Shown here piece by piece: positions 28,927 through 37,947 of a stretch of 64,000 nucleotides of DNA (positions are counted from its first letter, which is position 1; each line of letters opens with the position of its first letter). The DNA lies in contig JBGATJ010000007.1 of the NCBI GenBank assembly GCA_044229295.1, positions 13,141-77,140 of the forward strand. Direction: 5' to 3'. The notes beneath the pieces are model-generated. The model saw only the letters and a program-made list of their open reading frames with translations, did no database searches and was not told the DNA's origin. Position numbers and translations under genes: made by a program. Origin of the DNA: Pseudobdellovibrionaceae bacterium (GTDB taxonomy: Bacteria; Bdellovibrionota; Bdellovibrionia; Bdellovibrionales; Bdellovibrionaceae).

Positions 28927-29579
28927 TGAAAAATCGATGGATCAACTCCTATTTGTCTCAAGACGAAATTTCTCGCGTCGGTCAAACTGTCAAAGAGGCT
29001 GAGGCCAATAGTACCGGCGAGATTGTGCCTATGATTGTACGAAGTTCTTCGACAGTGGGGCACTTGCCACTCATCATCACTTTACTCCTCACGAGCATCA
29101 CTTTGGCCATCGATGTTCCGCTAGAACACTCGCTTAAAGAGTTTCACGTCCTGAGTTGGCTTTGGCCTATTGTCATTTTATTTTATTATGGTTTTTCGCT
29201 GGTTTTGTCCCGCGCCCTTTGTGTGCAAAGGTGGCTGAGCTTGAAAGGCGATCTCAGTCATCAGGTACACGCGAGAGCGCAGCTTGAGTTTTTTTTAAAC
29301 CAGGTTCATAAGACAGAAAAAGCGACAGCTATTTTGATTTTTATCTCGGTGATGGAAAGGCGCGCTGTTGTGTTGGCGGATCGAGCGATTGCCGAAAAAG
29401 TTCCTTCTACAGCTTGGCAAGAAGCCGTGGACTATATCCTTAATGGAATAAAACAGGGGAAACTCGCCGAGGGTCTTACTAAAGCCATCGAAAGCGGTGG
29501 CTCACTTTTAAAAACTCACTTCCCAGCCCATGGGGCTGGTGTCAACGAACTCTCCAATCAACTTGTCATCAAGGAATGA
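28926..29579 (+). CDS. TPM-domain membrane protein
   Basis: EAEANSTGEIVPMIVRSS followed by TM helices and ILIFISVMERRAVVLAD. Third gene of the LemA operon. Confidence 0.7.
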   Translation: MKNRWINSYLSQDEISRVGQTVKEAEANSTGEIVPMIVRSSSTVGHLPLIITLLLTSITLAIDVPLEHSLKEFHVLSWLWPIVILFYYGFSLVLSRALCVQRWLSLKGDLSHQVHARAQLEFFLNQVHKTEKATAILIFISVMERRAVVLADRAIAEKVPSTAWQEAVDYILNGIKQGKLAEGLTKAIESGGSLLKTHFPAHGAGVNELSNQLVIKE

Positions 29580-29583
29580 TCTC

Positions 29584-30147
29584 ATGAAAAATAAACGACC
29601 TCAAAATTCTCCACAAAATCCACCGGCAAAAGAAACCGTCCATGAATCTGATCGTCAAACCAACCTGCTGTTTCAGAAAGTCGGAATTTTTGTCGATGCT
29701 GAAAATATCGAGCTTTCAGGTCTCAAGCACCATGAAGGACGTACAGACTATAAAAAAATCATCGACCAAGTGGGCGATCGAGAGATCATTCGGCTTTTGT
29801 ATTACAAGCCGATTTTTAAGGAGATCAGTGCTCAATTCATCAGCTTTTGGGCTAAGCTCGGCGGCGAGGTCAAGCGGCCCAGTAAAAATGCGGATAGCTT
29901 CCTTATTATCGATGCTGTCACAATGGCAGAAAAGCTGGATGTTGTGATCATTCTTGGGGGCGACAAAGATTTTCTCCCACTCATTTGGTTTTTAAAATCG
30001 CGAGGATGCCGGGTTGAAATCTGGTCTTGGCCCGAAGCAACAAGCCCCGAAGTCCAAACCGCCGCCGACTTTTACTTTCCTTTGACAAAAGACTACGTTA
30101 TGGGCGATTCTGCCGGTCCAAAACGCACTCGTAGCTCAATTGGATAG
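29584..30147 (+). CDS. NYN (LabA-like) domain protein
   Basis: VGIFVDAENIE ... VIILGGDKDFLPLIWFLKSRG motifs. The last 7 codons plus the stop lie inside the tRNA gene. Confidence 0.7.
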   Translation: MKNKRPQNSPQNPPAKETVHESDRQTNLLFQKVGIFVDAENIELSGLKHHEGRTDYKKIIDQVGDREIIRLLYYKPIFKEISAQFISFWAKLGGEVKRPSKNADSFLIIDAVTMAEKLDVVIILGGDKDFLPLIWFLKSRGCRVEIWSWPEATSPEVQTAADFYFPLTKDYVMGDSAGPKRTRSSIG

Positions 30148-30201
30148 AGTATCTGACTTCGGATCAGAGGGTTCCAGGTTCAAGTCCTGGCGGGTGCACC
30201 A
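30125..30201 (+). tRNA. tRNA-Arg (anticodon UCG), CCA encoded
   Basis: Hand-folded cloverleaf. Acceptor GCACTCG/CGGGTGC, D arm GCTC/GAGT, anticodon stem TCTGA/TCAGA with loop CTTCGGA, T arm CCAGG-TTCAAGT-CCTGG, then A-CCA. Confidence 0.9.
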
Positions 30202-30211
30202 CGCAACGTCG

Positions 30212-30234
30212 TCAAAATGGCAAAGCCATTTTGA
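30212..30234 (+). terminator. Hairpin immediately after the tRNA (possible terminator, no U-tract)
   Basis: Perfect 10-bp stem TCAAAATGGC/GCCATTTTGA with a 3-nt loop. Confidence 0.35.
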
Positions 30235-30361
30235 TCGCCGTGCGTATCCGAGGATGAGGTGAGGAGTCTTGCGACGAACCCATCCGCAGGATTGACGGGC
30301 GCAAGGCCCTCGAGGGGCCGGCGACCGGCTTATCCACCGGGCGTAGTGGCTGGGAAAAAAT

Positions 30362-31423
30362 CTAGTAGCCCTCGAGCACTTTTTGCGCAGCCTCGAAAAA
30401 TCGACATTCCGCGGAAGCTCTGCAAAATGCCTCGGTATAGGCAGAACTCCACGCAATCCTATTTAGGCGCAGAGTTTCGGTGACCTGCGATTTTGAAAAG
30501 AACGGTTTCAAGGTGCTAGCATCAAGGTTTTGGTTTTGTTGATAAAAGGCAGAAGGTAAGATTTCTATTCCGTAGACTCTTTCAGTAGATTGCTGATCCG
30601 AGCGACGAGCCAATTCCGAAACGACATCCTTCATGTAAGATCCTAATTCAAATCCATGAAACACCAAAAGTCGCTGTAACTGGAGTGTTGAAAACGATGA
30701 CCAATGAGTCACATTCTCAGGATGAAATGCACCTAAATCTTTTGGCGGCAAACTTAATATTTCAGGCCAAGGAGCCAAAAATGAGTTTCTAAAGTGAAGT
30801 TTTGCCGATGTGGGAATAAAAGGGATAGGTATTGGTAACTGGCGAAATCCCGAAGACTCGAGAACCCACGATAAGTAAGAAGCACAATTCTCTGTAAAAA
30901 AATAATATCGGTCACTTCCAAAGCGAACTTCGTTGATCTTGGCTAGTGTCGTTAATAACGAGCTTCGTAGTCTCTCGCTAGAGGGAAGTATGGTACGGCT
31001 GTAGCCTCTGGTTTCACGGAAATAATAGTCTTTTATCAGGTTGCCTAGTGGTCCAAATGATAGGCCGATGAGGTAGCCACCAAAAACACCCTTGCCAGCT
31101 ATTTTGACAGGCCCGTCTTCGGGAGCCCCAACAGCCAAGGCCTCTACGACAATATCATCGAGCGGGGTTGAGCCACTGCCGACAAATCTCAAAGCAAGAT
31201 GACCCCATCGACTTTGTGCCTTTGCAGAACTAGGTCCGGCAGAAACAACCTCGATACCCCCAGTTTTTACCCAGTTGATTCTAAGATTTTCTATGGAATG
31301 CCGAACACTTTTTCTGAAATCTTCAAGATTTGAAGGTCCGGTGTTGCCAAGGCAAAGCGGCGAGAAAAGTAGCGACGCCGCGAGAGCCACAAAAAATGTT
31401 TTATTTGCTTGATTCAACAACAT
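30362..31423 (-). CDS. DUF4105 (Lnb N-terminal-like) exported protein
   Basis: Signal peptide. WGHLALRF and YYFFTENCASYL resemble the DUF4105 signature. Confidence 0.55.
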   Translation of the reverse strand: MLLNQANKTFFVALAASLLFSPLCLGNTGPSNLEDFRKSVRHSIENLRINWVKTGGIEVVSAGPSSAKAQSRWGHLALRFVGSGSTPLDDIVVEALAVGAPEDGPVKIAGKGVFGGYLIGLSFGPLGNLIKDYYFRETRGYSRTILPSSERLRSSLLTTLAKINEVRFGSDRYYFFTENCASYLSWVLESSGFRQLPIPIPFIPTSAKLHFRNSFLAPWPEILSLPPKDLGAFHPENVTHWSSFSTLQLQRLLVFHGFELGSYMKDVVSELARRSDQQSTERVYGIEILPSAFYQQNQNLDASTLKPFFSKSQVTETLRLNRIAWSSAYTEAFCRASAECRFFEAAQKVLEGY

Positions 31424-32024
31424 AATAAACGATCAGACGCGCCCACTCTTCTTGCGTGAGAACTCCACCTGTAATTGGACATAAGCTTCCACTATCAAGC
31501 ATCGCTTTAGTCGCTTGAATCAATTTACCAGATGGAATCTCCTGACCATTTAAACTTGTTTTCAGCTCTATTTTCAAATCGTCGTTAAGAGGTGAACTGA
31601 ACTCGAGGTGCTCATTTTCCATTTTCGGCACAAAGCTACCAGTGTCATAAATGGCGCCATTTAGATCCGCTACAAGCTGACTCGTATAAGGCCCCAAAAC
31701 CCCTGCACTGATTTCTAAAAGCGATTGAGCTAAATTTGAAGCAAATACCGCTTCCGCTACCTTTTCATCGCCTATTTTTCCTAAGGTCGATCCACCTAAT
31801 ACTCCAATAGTACTAACACCACCGCCAACAACTCCAAGGCTACCTGCGGTCGTCATGCCAAGAACCAGGGCCGATCCTCCCATCTGCATGGGCTTCCCCA
31901 CTAGTTTCTTAGCCACAGAAAAAGAAGCGTATTTATTGATGCAAGCCTGAGCGTCTAGCTTAGCCATAGCCGAAGTGGTCGCTGCGAACACAAAAGAAAA
32001 TGCAAGAATCGTTTTGGTAGTCAT
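31401..32024 (-). CDS. Exported hypothetical protein with Gly-rich segment
   Basis: Signal peptide MTTKTILAFSFVFAATTSAMA. No recognised family. Confidence 0.45.
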   Translation of the reverse strand: MTTKTILAFSFVFAATTSAMAKLDAQACINKYASFSVAKKLVGKPMQMGGSALVLGMTTAGSLGVVGGGVSTIGVLGGSTLGKIGDEKVAEAVFASNLAQSLLEISAGVLGPYTSQLVADLNGAIYDTGSFVPKMENEHLEFSSPLNDDLKIELKTSLNGQEIPSGKLIQATKAMLDSGSLCPITGGVLTQEEWARLIVYYVVESSK

Positions 32025-32274
32025 AATCCAGTCCTTTAAAAGGGTTTCAGGGCAAGACCTTGCAAAGCCGGGTCCAAATCTAAACGCGATAAAAATAAAT
32101 TGAGCACTTTTTCTTCAAAATAAGATGTCTAAAGCTTTTACACCTATCAAGAGCCAATCTTAGTATAAAACGCATCTGGAGATAAAATCCTCATAATTAT
32201 AGATAGATCCAAAGGTGTAGAAAACGTCATTGAGATTGCCCAATGTCGGACTCTTTTAACTCTTAAAATTCGGC

Positions 32275-33180
32275 TTAGAGACCACCAAGTCCCTTAATTC
32301 TTTTGAGGCGATCGTCGTACTTCTCATCCCCCAATTGATCTTTGAGTAGAGGATAGGCTTTAGCAAAATACTCTCTTGCGCTAGCTTCATCCTTTTTAAG
32401 CAAATAAAGCTCTCCAAGCTCTAAATTTTCTTTTTCGAGCTGTTCCTGTTCGGCGAAGGCCTCGTCGATTTTTCCCACCAGACGTTTCATCTGTGCGACG
32501 GTTCGGCGGTCATCAAGCAAAATCCAGTCGGGTGAACTATTTGCTTTATCCAATTCCGCCGCTTTTATAAATGTATCCAGAGCTTCTTTGTAGAGTTTGA
32601 GCCCGTGATAGGACCATCCTGCATTGAAGTAAAGTGAGCCGAGCCATTTCTTGGCATTTGTGGAGTCTTTGCTTTCTGCATAACTAATGGCTTTGGCTTC
32701 CCATTGCAATTTCTCTTGGGCTGATTCTAAAGCTCCATAGCTATAGGTGATGGCAATCATATGGAGGGCGTCAACAGCATATCCCCATTCCTTCGTTTTA
32801 TCCGCGATTGAAAAAGCTTCATAGAATGTCTTATTCGCAAGTTCCCCACGTTTCTCAGCATTTTGAGTTCGGCCGAGTTCGAGCAAATAACGAACTTTCG
32901 CAACATGCATATCATCTGTTAGTTGGGAGGATACATCCGCCAGGATTTTATAAGCCTCTTGATAATTGGCTTGTAAGGAGAGAGTTCGTGCGATTTGAGT
33001 GAGGAGCTGAAGGTAATACGATTTTCCTTTTTTCTTCGCCTGAGGGAGGAGATCTCTGAATTTCAGTTCAGTTTCAGCGGGCTTTTGATAATTCCATAAC
33101 TTGTCAAAATTCAGCCGCGGCTCTTCCGCTAACGCGTTCAAGCTCATAAAAATCCCCAGAGTAAGAAGCACTTTAAACAT
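32275..33180 (-). CDS. Exported TPR-repeat protein
   Basis: Signal peptide. Repeated A..Y/F..A helical hairpin pattern throughout. Confidence 0.65.
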   Translation of the reverse strand: MFKVLLTLGIFMSLNALAEEPRLNFDKLWNYQKPAETELKFRDLLPQAKKKGKSYYLQLLTQIARTLSLQANYQEAYKILADVSSQLTDDMHVAKVRYLLELGRTQNAEKRGELANKTFYEAFSIADKTKEWGYAVDALHMIAITYSYGALESAQEKLQWEAKAISYAESKDSTNAKKWLGSLYFNAGWSYHGLKLYKEALDTFIKAAELDKANSSPDWILLDDRRTVAQMKRLVGKIDEAFAEQEQLEKENLELGELYLLKKDEASAREYFAKAYPLLKDQLGDEKYDDRLKRIKGLGGL

Positions 33181-33261
33181 AAGGTGTATTACTCAATTTA
33201 GAAAAGGATGTCAGCAGGAGAATTTATCGCATTCTGTGGTTGAATGTGCTATGGGACCCTT

Positions 33262-33834
33262 ATGAAATTGTTGTTGATCGTTGTAAGTTTAGTCCTGTTT
33301 GGCCGTTTTGCTAGAGCTACTGATTTGTCCCAAATGTTTGTAGTGCCTATCCCCTTGGCTGATCCCAGTGGCGAGCTAGCGAAGGGAACTATAAGTTTTG
33401 TCTGCCAAACTCCCGGTCCCGATGAGGATATTTTTAATGGCCCGGCATTAGGATATAAAGTTCTTAAATTCAGTATTAAGCTGAAGCCAAACTCGTCGGA
33501 CTCTATAGTTATGGAAAATGCGCAACTTGGCTATGTGGACCAAGACCAAGTAACTTGGTCCCCGGTCTCCGTTAGTAATGGAAGCGGGATATTGGTGGCT
33601 TGGCCCGGGAGCAAAGAAAACCAGTACATTAAATACACTTCAGCGTACGAGGTTCCGACTCAGAAAGGATCAAAAAAAGTTTCGTTGTCGATTCTACTTG
33701 ATTACAAATCTGGGCTTATGTTTGCAAGGTATAGCGAGAAATTTCCAGCGGCCAGCGCCCGCAGCAATCAAGGTAAGCCCTTCATTGATAATTTCTACCT
33801 GTGCAGCTGGGTTCAGTCGCCGAATCCTCGATAG
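33262..33834 (+). CDS. Exported hypothetical protein
   Basis: Signal peptide MKLLLIVVSLVLFGRFARA. No recognised family. Confidence 0.45.
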   Translation: MKLLLIVVSLVLFGRFARATDLSQMFVVPIPLADPSGELAKGTISFVCQTPGPDEDIFNGPALGYKVLKFSIKLKPNSSDSIVMENAQLGYVDQDQVTWSPVSVSNGSGILVAWPGSKENQYIKYTSAYEVPTQKGSKKVSLSILLDYKSGLMFARYSEKFPAASARSNQGKPFIDNFYLCSWVQSPNPR

Positions 33835-34171
33835 CTAGTTTGTTGTTGCTATAGCGTGAATATCGAGGCGGTAAATGAGGCCCCAGTAAGAAAAATTCCA
33901 TTGAGCAGAAGAAATATGGATCGTTCTGAAAATTGGACTCCCAACGCATCACGCTTATTTTTAAAATCCTGCGGAGATACCTAATGCTCCTACCGAAACT
34001 TAGGTGATCCAACTGGTGGCTGAGATCTGGCTTTCAGGATGTCATTCGCAAAATGGTCTGCGATCTCAGGCTCCTCTGCTAAGCTCATGATTTGCTTTGG
34101 GCTCGGGAGAGGCTTGGCTGAGCGCTAAGAAGAGCCCCCCCTCCCGGAGGCTTCGCTTTGCTACCGATCTT

Positions 34172-35716
34172 CTAGTGCGCGCCCTCGCGAGGTTCTTGAT
34201 TATTCGCAGGCAGAGATTCCACCAATAAACCACGTAAAGCCCCTATAGCTTGACAATTTTTTTGTAAGCCTTTTAGCTGCATGGACATTGCAACAATCAT
34301 TCGAATATTCGCACGTTGGAATGCGCCCACCGCAGACTGGGAGCTTAAATCGGTCATCATCGATTCGACATCTGTGAAAGTTTTCTTTTCGCCTTTCATG
34401 CGCAGGATGTTTTGAGGACGGTTGTACACGGCTTGTTCGAAGGAATTGGATCTGGTTGAAATCGTAAAGATATCTCCGTTGAGAGGATTTTTTGTCACTA
34501 GATCGGTGGTTCCGTCGTCTCTTTTGATTAAATTGGCCTTAATTTTATATCCCTGTTGATCCGTGACCGCTATCTCAGCATTTCCATCTTTACATGAGGT
34601 GATATCAAAAGATGCTGATTCCCAAAGACCTTGGAGATATTCATTTTTATATTTTTCAAAAGGGCCGCCCTCTGTTGCATCTAGAGCTAGTATTTCAGTT
34701 TGTTTTTCGGGCGAAAGCTTCATGAATTTGATAATTCCTTGAGGGCTCATATAGCTGCCGGAAAGCGTCGTTGCGTTTGCGGTTCCTGGAGTTCCAACTT
34801 TGTAGAGTGCGCTCCAAGCCAGAGATTCTGGTCCTGCGATCTTGGCGATTTGTAAAATCCTTGGAAGAGCAAACACATTCCGTAAACCGGCGAGGCTAAA
34901 AGAAAGTTCAGAAAAGAGGCCGTTGGTCACAGCGCTGTAGCCAAAATTTTTTGCAAAAATGACCGTCTCAGCTCCAGCTTTGAAGGAGTTCCCGCTAGAG
35001 TCTACAGACATACCATTGTCAAATATGTATGCCGTTTCTCGCGCGACTCCCCTGACGTCTTTGATAAACGTTCCACCGCCAACAGCATGTGCGGTTGGTT
35101 TAAACACGTTGCCATTTTCATCAGCGACTCTTCCATCATTGAAAACTCTCGTGACGGTTCTCACTTTGTTCGCATCATCGAGAACTACCGCTCCAGATCG
35201 GTTTTTGCCTTGGAACAAGACCTCATTGACCATGGGTCTGAAAGCCTCTTTATTTTCATCGACGGCAGTTCCATTAATGAAAAGATGCTGAATTTTTCGC
35301 ATCTTTCCGCCTTCAGTGAGGGTGTATCCATTTCTTAGGTGCTTATGGTAGTTTTCCACTTCGTGCACTCTTGGGACGTAGGTGTTTCCTGAAGAGTCAA
35401 CAATCGTTCCCTTTTCGAAAACGTGAAGCACCGTTTGCATTCTATTTTGGGCGTTTAAAACGTTGATGTTAGGTTTTATGGGGCCGACATTGGTGACCTC
35501 ATACTGCGAAACTTTATACCTAATCCCATCGGTTGCAAGTGCATAGCCACTGCCAGTGTCTTGTTCCAGCGTGTGAACCACACCTTTGTCATCAATGAAG
35601 CTGGCGCCGGGCTTGCGTAAAAGATAGCTTTTGCCCTCATCCTCGGCGGCTCCGACCTTCAGACAGGAAAAGTTAAAAAAAATAAAGATGCTTAATATCC
35701 ATTTCATTGATTTCAC
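34172..35716 (-). CDS. Exported hypothetical protein with four ~45-aa internal repeats
   Basis: Signal peptide. Repeats of the form VFxxGxxVDxxGNxFxPxxxxV (for example LHVFEKGTIVDSSGNTYVPRVHEV). Confidence 0.55.
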   Translation of the reverse strand: MKSMKWILSIFIFFNFSCLKVGAAEDEGKSYLLRKPGASFIDDKGVVHTLEQDTGSGYALATDGIRYKVSQYEVTNVGPIKPNINVLNAQNRMQTVLHVFEKGTIVDSSGNTYVPRVHEVENYHKHLRNGYTLTEGGKMRKIQHLFINGTAVDENKEAFRPMVNEVLFQGKNRSGAVVLDDANKVRTVTRVFNDGRVADENGNVFKPTAHAVGGGTFIKDVRGVARETAYIFDNGMSVDSSGNSFKAGAETVIFAKNFGYSAVTNGLFSELSFSLAGLRNVFALPRILQIAKIAGPESLAWSALYKVGTPGTANATTLSGSYMSPQGIIKFMKLSPEKQTEILALDATEGGPFEKYKNEYLQGLWESASFDITSCKDGNAEIAVTDQQGYKIKANLIKRDDGTTDLVTKNPLNGDIFTISTRSNSFEQAVYNRPQNILRMKGEKKTFTDVESMMTDLSSQSAVGAFQRANIRMIVAMSMQLKGLQKNCQAIGALRGLLVESLPANNQEPREGAH

Positions 35717-35839
35717 TTATTTATCGGTAGAAAAATCAGAATATCCAATAAGTTCATAACTATTATTCTTAGGACCTTCAGAAAAGTTTAAAATCCCTTA
35801 TGCCTACCGGGATCTGTTGATTTCTCAAAATGAGACTGT

Positions 35840-36685
35840 TTAGAGGCGACTTTTTTCTAAGAAATTTAGAATTGCGGGACCTACCGTGCCCAAGTGTGTA
35901 AGGGGTGAGTTGTGAGATGAGCCCTTGACCGTAAGCACTCTTGATCGTCGAAATGTTTGAGCAAGAATTTGAGAAATTTTTTGATATGGTGTTCTGCTAT
36001 GGGAGCCATGGATCGTAAGAACTGGTACATTGAGTTTTCCGTAGGCCTCTAAATCGCATTGTAAAGCGAGCGAGGCTCGGCTGTGGGCCGTCAATGTTTC
36101 GATGTTTTCTACCATCCATTTTCTAACTTTTTCTGGTAGCTTATTCCACTCGCCATCGCCGAGGATGTATTCAAAAAGGTCGTGAGCTGCAACAGCTGTA
36201 TTACCTTTATCTAGTTCTGAGTGACAATGTTTATACGTGGATGAAATTTCCTCCCATTCATTGGGAGCTTTATCTCTCAAAATAGTAGGAAGCATTGGCT
36301 CAATTAGCACTAGTCCACTGATAAACTCAGGTTTTTTAATTGCCAATTCGATACATACCGACCCTCCAGAGGAGTGTCCAACGAGATGCACAGGTTGACC
36401 GTGCAATTTTATCAACGCCTCTAGAAGATCTACATCACTGGAATAAAAATAAGGTGTATTGTTCTTTGATGCCCAAATGGGAGTGTCACCATGACCATAT
36501 AGATCTGGTGCCAGCACACGATACGATCTCAAATGTTCTGTAAGACCTTTCCAATAGTTTCTATTCGCTCCAGCTCCGTGGACCAATACCACAGTGTTGG
36601 GGGCGGAACCTATTTCTTCGTAAGTGATCACAAAACTTCGGAAAACAAACGTACGCTTCACTTGGCACCTGTCAATCCGCGGCAT
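35840..36685 (-). CDS. Alpha/beta hydrolase
   Basis: VVLVHGAG, nucleophile elbow GHSSGG, C-terminal GSSHNSP. Confidence 0.8.
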   Translation of the reverse strand: MPRIDRCQVKRTFVFRSFVITYEEIGSAPNTVVLVHGAGANRNYWKGLTEHLRSYRVLAPDLYGHGDTPIWASKNNTPYFYSSDVDLLEALIKLHGQPVHLVGHSSGGSVCIELAIKKPEFISGLVLIEPMLPTILRDKAPNEWEEISSTYKHCHSELDKGNTAVAAHDLFEYILGDGEWNKLPEKVRKWMVENIETLTAHSRASLALQCDLEAYGKLNVPVLTIHGSHSRTPYQKISQILAQTFRRSRVLTVKGSSHNSPLTHLGTVGPAILNFLEKSRL

Positions 36686-37091
36686 CTGGCGTTCGCTCGT
36701 CTTTGGGCAGCATCAATTTCATTGCTGCCCACTCTTCGTCAATCGCACAAGATGCCACAGAGTCTAGTCCAACATTTTCGCCAAGTTCCCATATGACCTC
36801 GCGGCTGAGATCAGTGACCTTCCCCTTTTTCCAGCAAATCCAAATTTTTCCTTTTGGTTGAATCGCTTTTCTGATTTTTCGAAGGTCAGCTTTCAGAGAC
36901 CGCTGATTTAAATAAAATCCTTGGATAACGTCAAATGGCTCCCCAGCAAGCCGAGTTGTCAGCTTCGTGTCTGAGGGAAGATCCGCCAATATCGAGGTAT
37001 AGCCTCGAGGTGGATTTAATATGGCCATGCGATATCCAGCTCTAATACCAAGTTTTTCTTTTAAAGGGCGCTTTGAAGCAGTCGTCTTCAT
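36672..37091 (-). CDS. DUF3052-like protein
   Basis: LGIRAGYRMAILNPP ... FDVIQGFY ... IWICWKKG ... AIDEEWAAMKL resembles the DUF3052 pattern as recalled. Confidence 0.45.
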   Translation of the reverse strand: MKTTASKRPLKEKLGIRAGYRMAILNPPRGYTSILADLPSDTKLTTRLAGEPFDVIQGFYLNQRSLKADLRKIRKAIQPKGKIWICWKKGKVTDLSREVIWELGENVGLDSVASCAIDEEWAAMKLMLPKDERTPDAAD

Positions 37092-37098
37092 GCTATGC

Positions 37099-37392
37099 TC
37101 ACGACTGAGAAACACAGATAGTGTTGCCTTCAGAATCTTTCATTATAGCAAATGAACCCCAATCTTCTTTTTTGACTGGGCCTAAAAACTCAACCCCTTT
37201 TTCTGCGAGCTGCTGATAAGTCTTGCTTAGGTTATCCACTTCAAATGCGGTGTTTAGAAAGGTTCCGACGCGGTTTTCGTGGCCGTCAGGTGTGAAGAGC
37301 GCAACTCCTGTATCTGCACCGGGAACCTTGAGTTCGATCCAGCGTTGCTTCTCGTTGAAATCCTGCTCAGTTAATAAAGAAAACCCAAGCAT
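37099..37392 (-). pseudogene. VOC/glyoxalase-family protein, N-terminally truncated
   Basis: Only 97 aa matching the C-terminal beta-alpha-beta-beta-beta module (GVEFLGPVKKEDWGSFAIMKDSEGNTI). Unrelated fragment DNA lies upstream. Confidence 0.5.
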
Positions 37393-37400
37393 GTTTGTGT

Positions 37401-37565
37401 AAAAAACTCAGTCATCTAAAGATTGCCGACGCCACCGGACTTTCCAAAAGTTCGGTTCAGTCAGCTCTCAAAATGCTCACTCGGCGCAAATTAGTCCGAT
37501 CTTCCAGGTCAACGTCGACCGCAGTTCCTGACCACATGGTTCTTAAACCTTGGATTAAGAACTAG
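37401..37565 (+). pseudogene. Start-less fragment of a winged-helix regulator
   Basis: Frame reads KKLSHLKIADATGLSKSSVQSALKMLTRRKLV...* with no in-frame start codon. Confidence 0.3.
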
Positions 37566-37586
37566 AGTTTCCAAAAAATCGGAAGG

Positions 37587-37777
37587 CTAGCCGGTTATTT
37601 CCTTATATTGATAGAGGACGAGGTTGTCATCGGCCGTCACCACCTGCTTGTCCTCCGCATATCCCGTGTTTGTTCAGAGAAATAATCCTCATACAGCGAG
37701 CGAGGTTTGCTCCCACCCAAAACCCGAAATGCCTCAAAGATAAAATCAATATCATCAACCAAAAGAGAACGAATCAA
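37587..37777 (-). pseudogene. GNAT acetyltransferase N-terminal fragment with frameshift
   Basis: Minus strand reads (TTG)IRSLLVDDIDFIFEAFRVLGGSKPRSLYEDYFSEQTR. It then shifts frame (..GYAEDKQVVTADDNLVLYQYKEITG*). Far shorter than a complete GNAT. Confidence 0.3.
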
Positions 37778-37822
37778 AACCGTAATCGTTTTATGATTCT
37801 ATCAATGAATGAAAAGACAAGT

Positions 37823-37947
37823 CCATAGGGAAAGAGGAGTAAAACTCGGGATCAAAATTGGGAAGCCCAAAGGGCCGCTGCCAGGAAGGCAGCGCCAATT
37901 TTGCAAGGCACGAGCCGATCCCGAGTTTTACTCCTCTTTCCCTATGG
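37823..37947. repeat. Long palindrome: perfect 31-bp inverted arms (37823-37853 / 37917-37947) around a partly self-complementary 63-bp centre
   Basis: Arms CCATAGGGAAAGAGGAGTAAAACTCGGGATC and its exact reverse complement were verified base by base. The right arm contains the last codons and stop of the protease gene. Confidence 0.9.

Noticed and set aside
28704-29063. Pro-rich 119-aa minus-strand ORF
   Set aside because: It is the antisense translation of the Gly-rich tail (GGN codons) of the TPM-domain gene.
30236-30360. GC-rich segment after the tRNA with local hairpins (GGATG..CATCC, GGCCC-TCGA-GGGGCC, CCGG-CGA-CCGG), considered as a small RNA or att remnant
   Set aside because: It did not match any RNA family I can recognise (tmRNA, SRP, 6S, RNase P, group II intron start). 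Without covariation or expression data it is only a compositional oddity.
30136-30456. 106-aa minus-strand ORF and 30259..30483 plus-strand ORF next to the tRNA
   Set aside because: One runs antisense through the tRNA gene and both are Arg/Pro-rich translations of a GC-rich spacer. There is no coding support.
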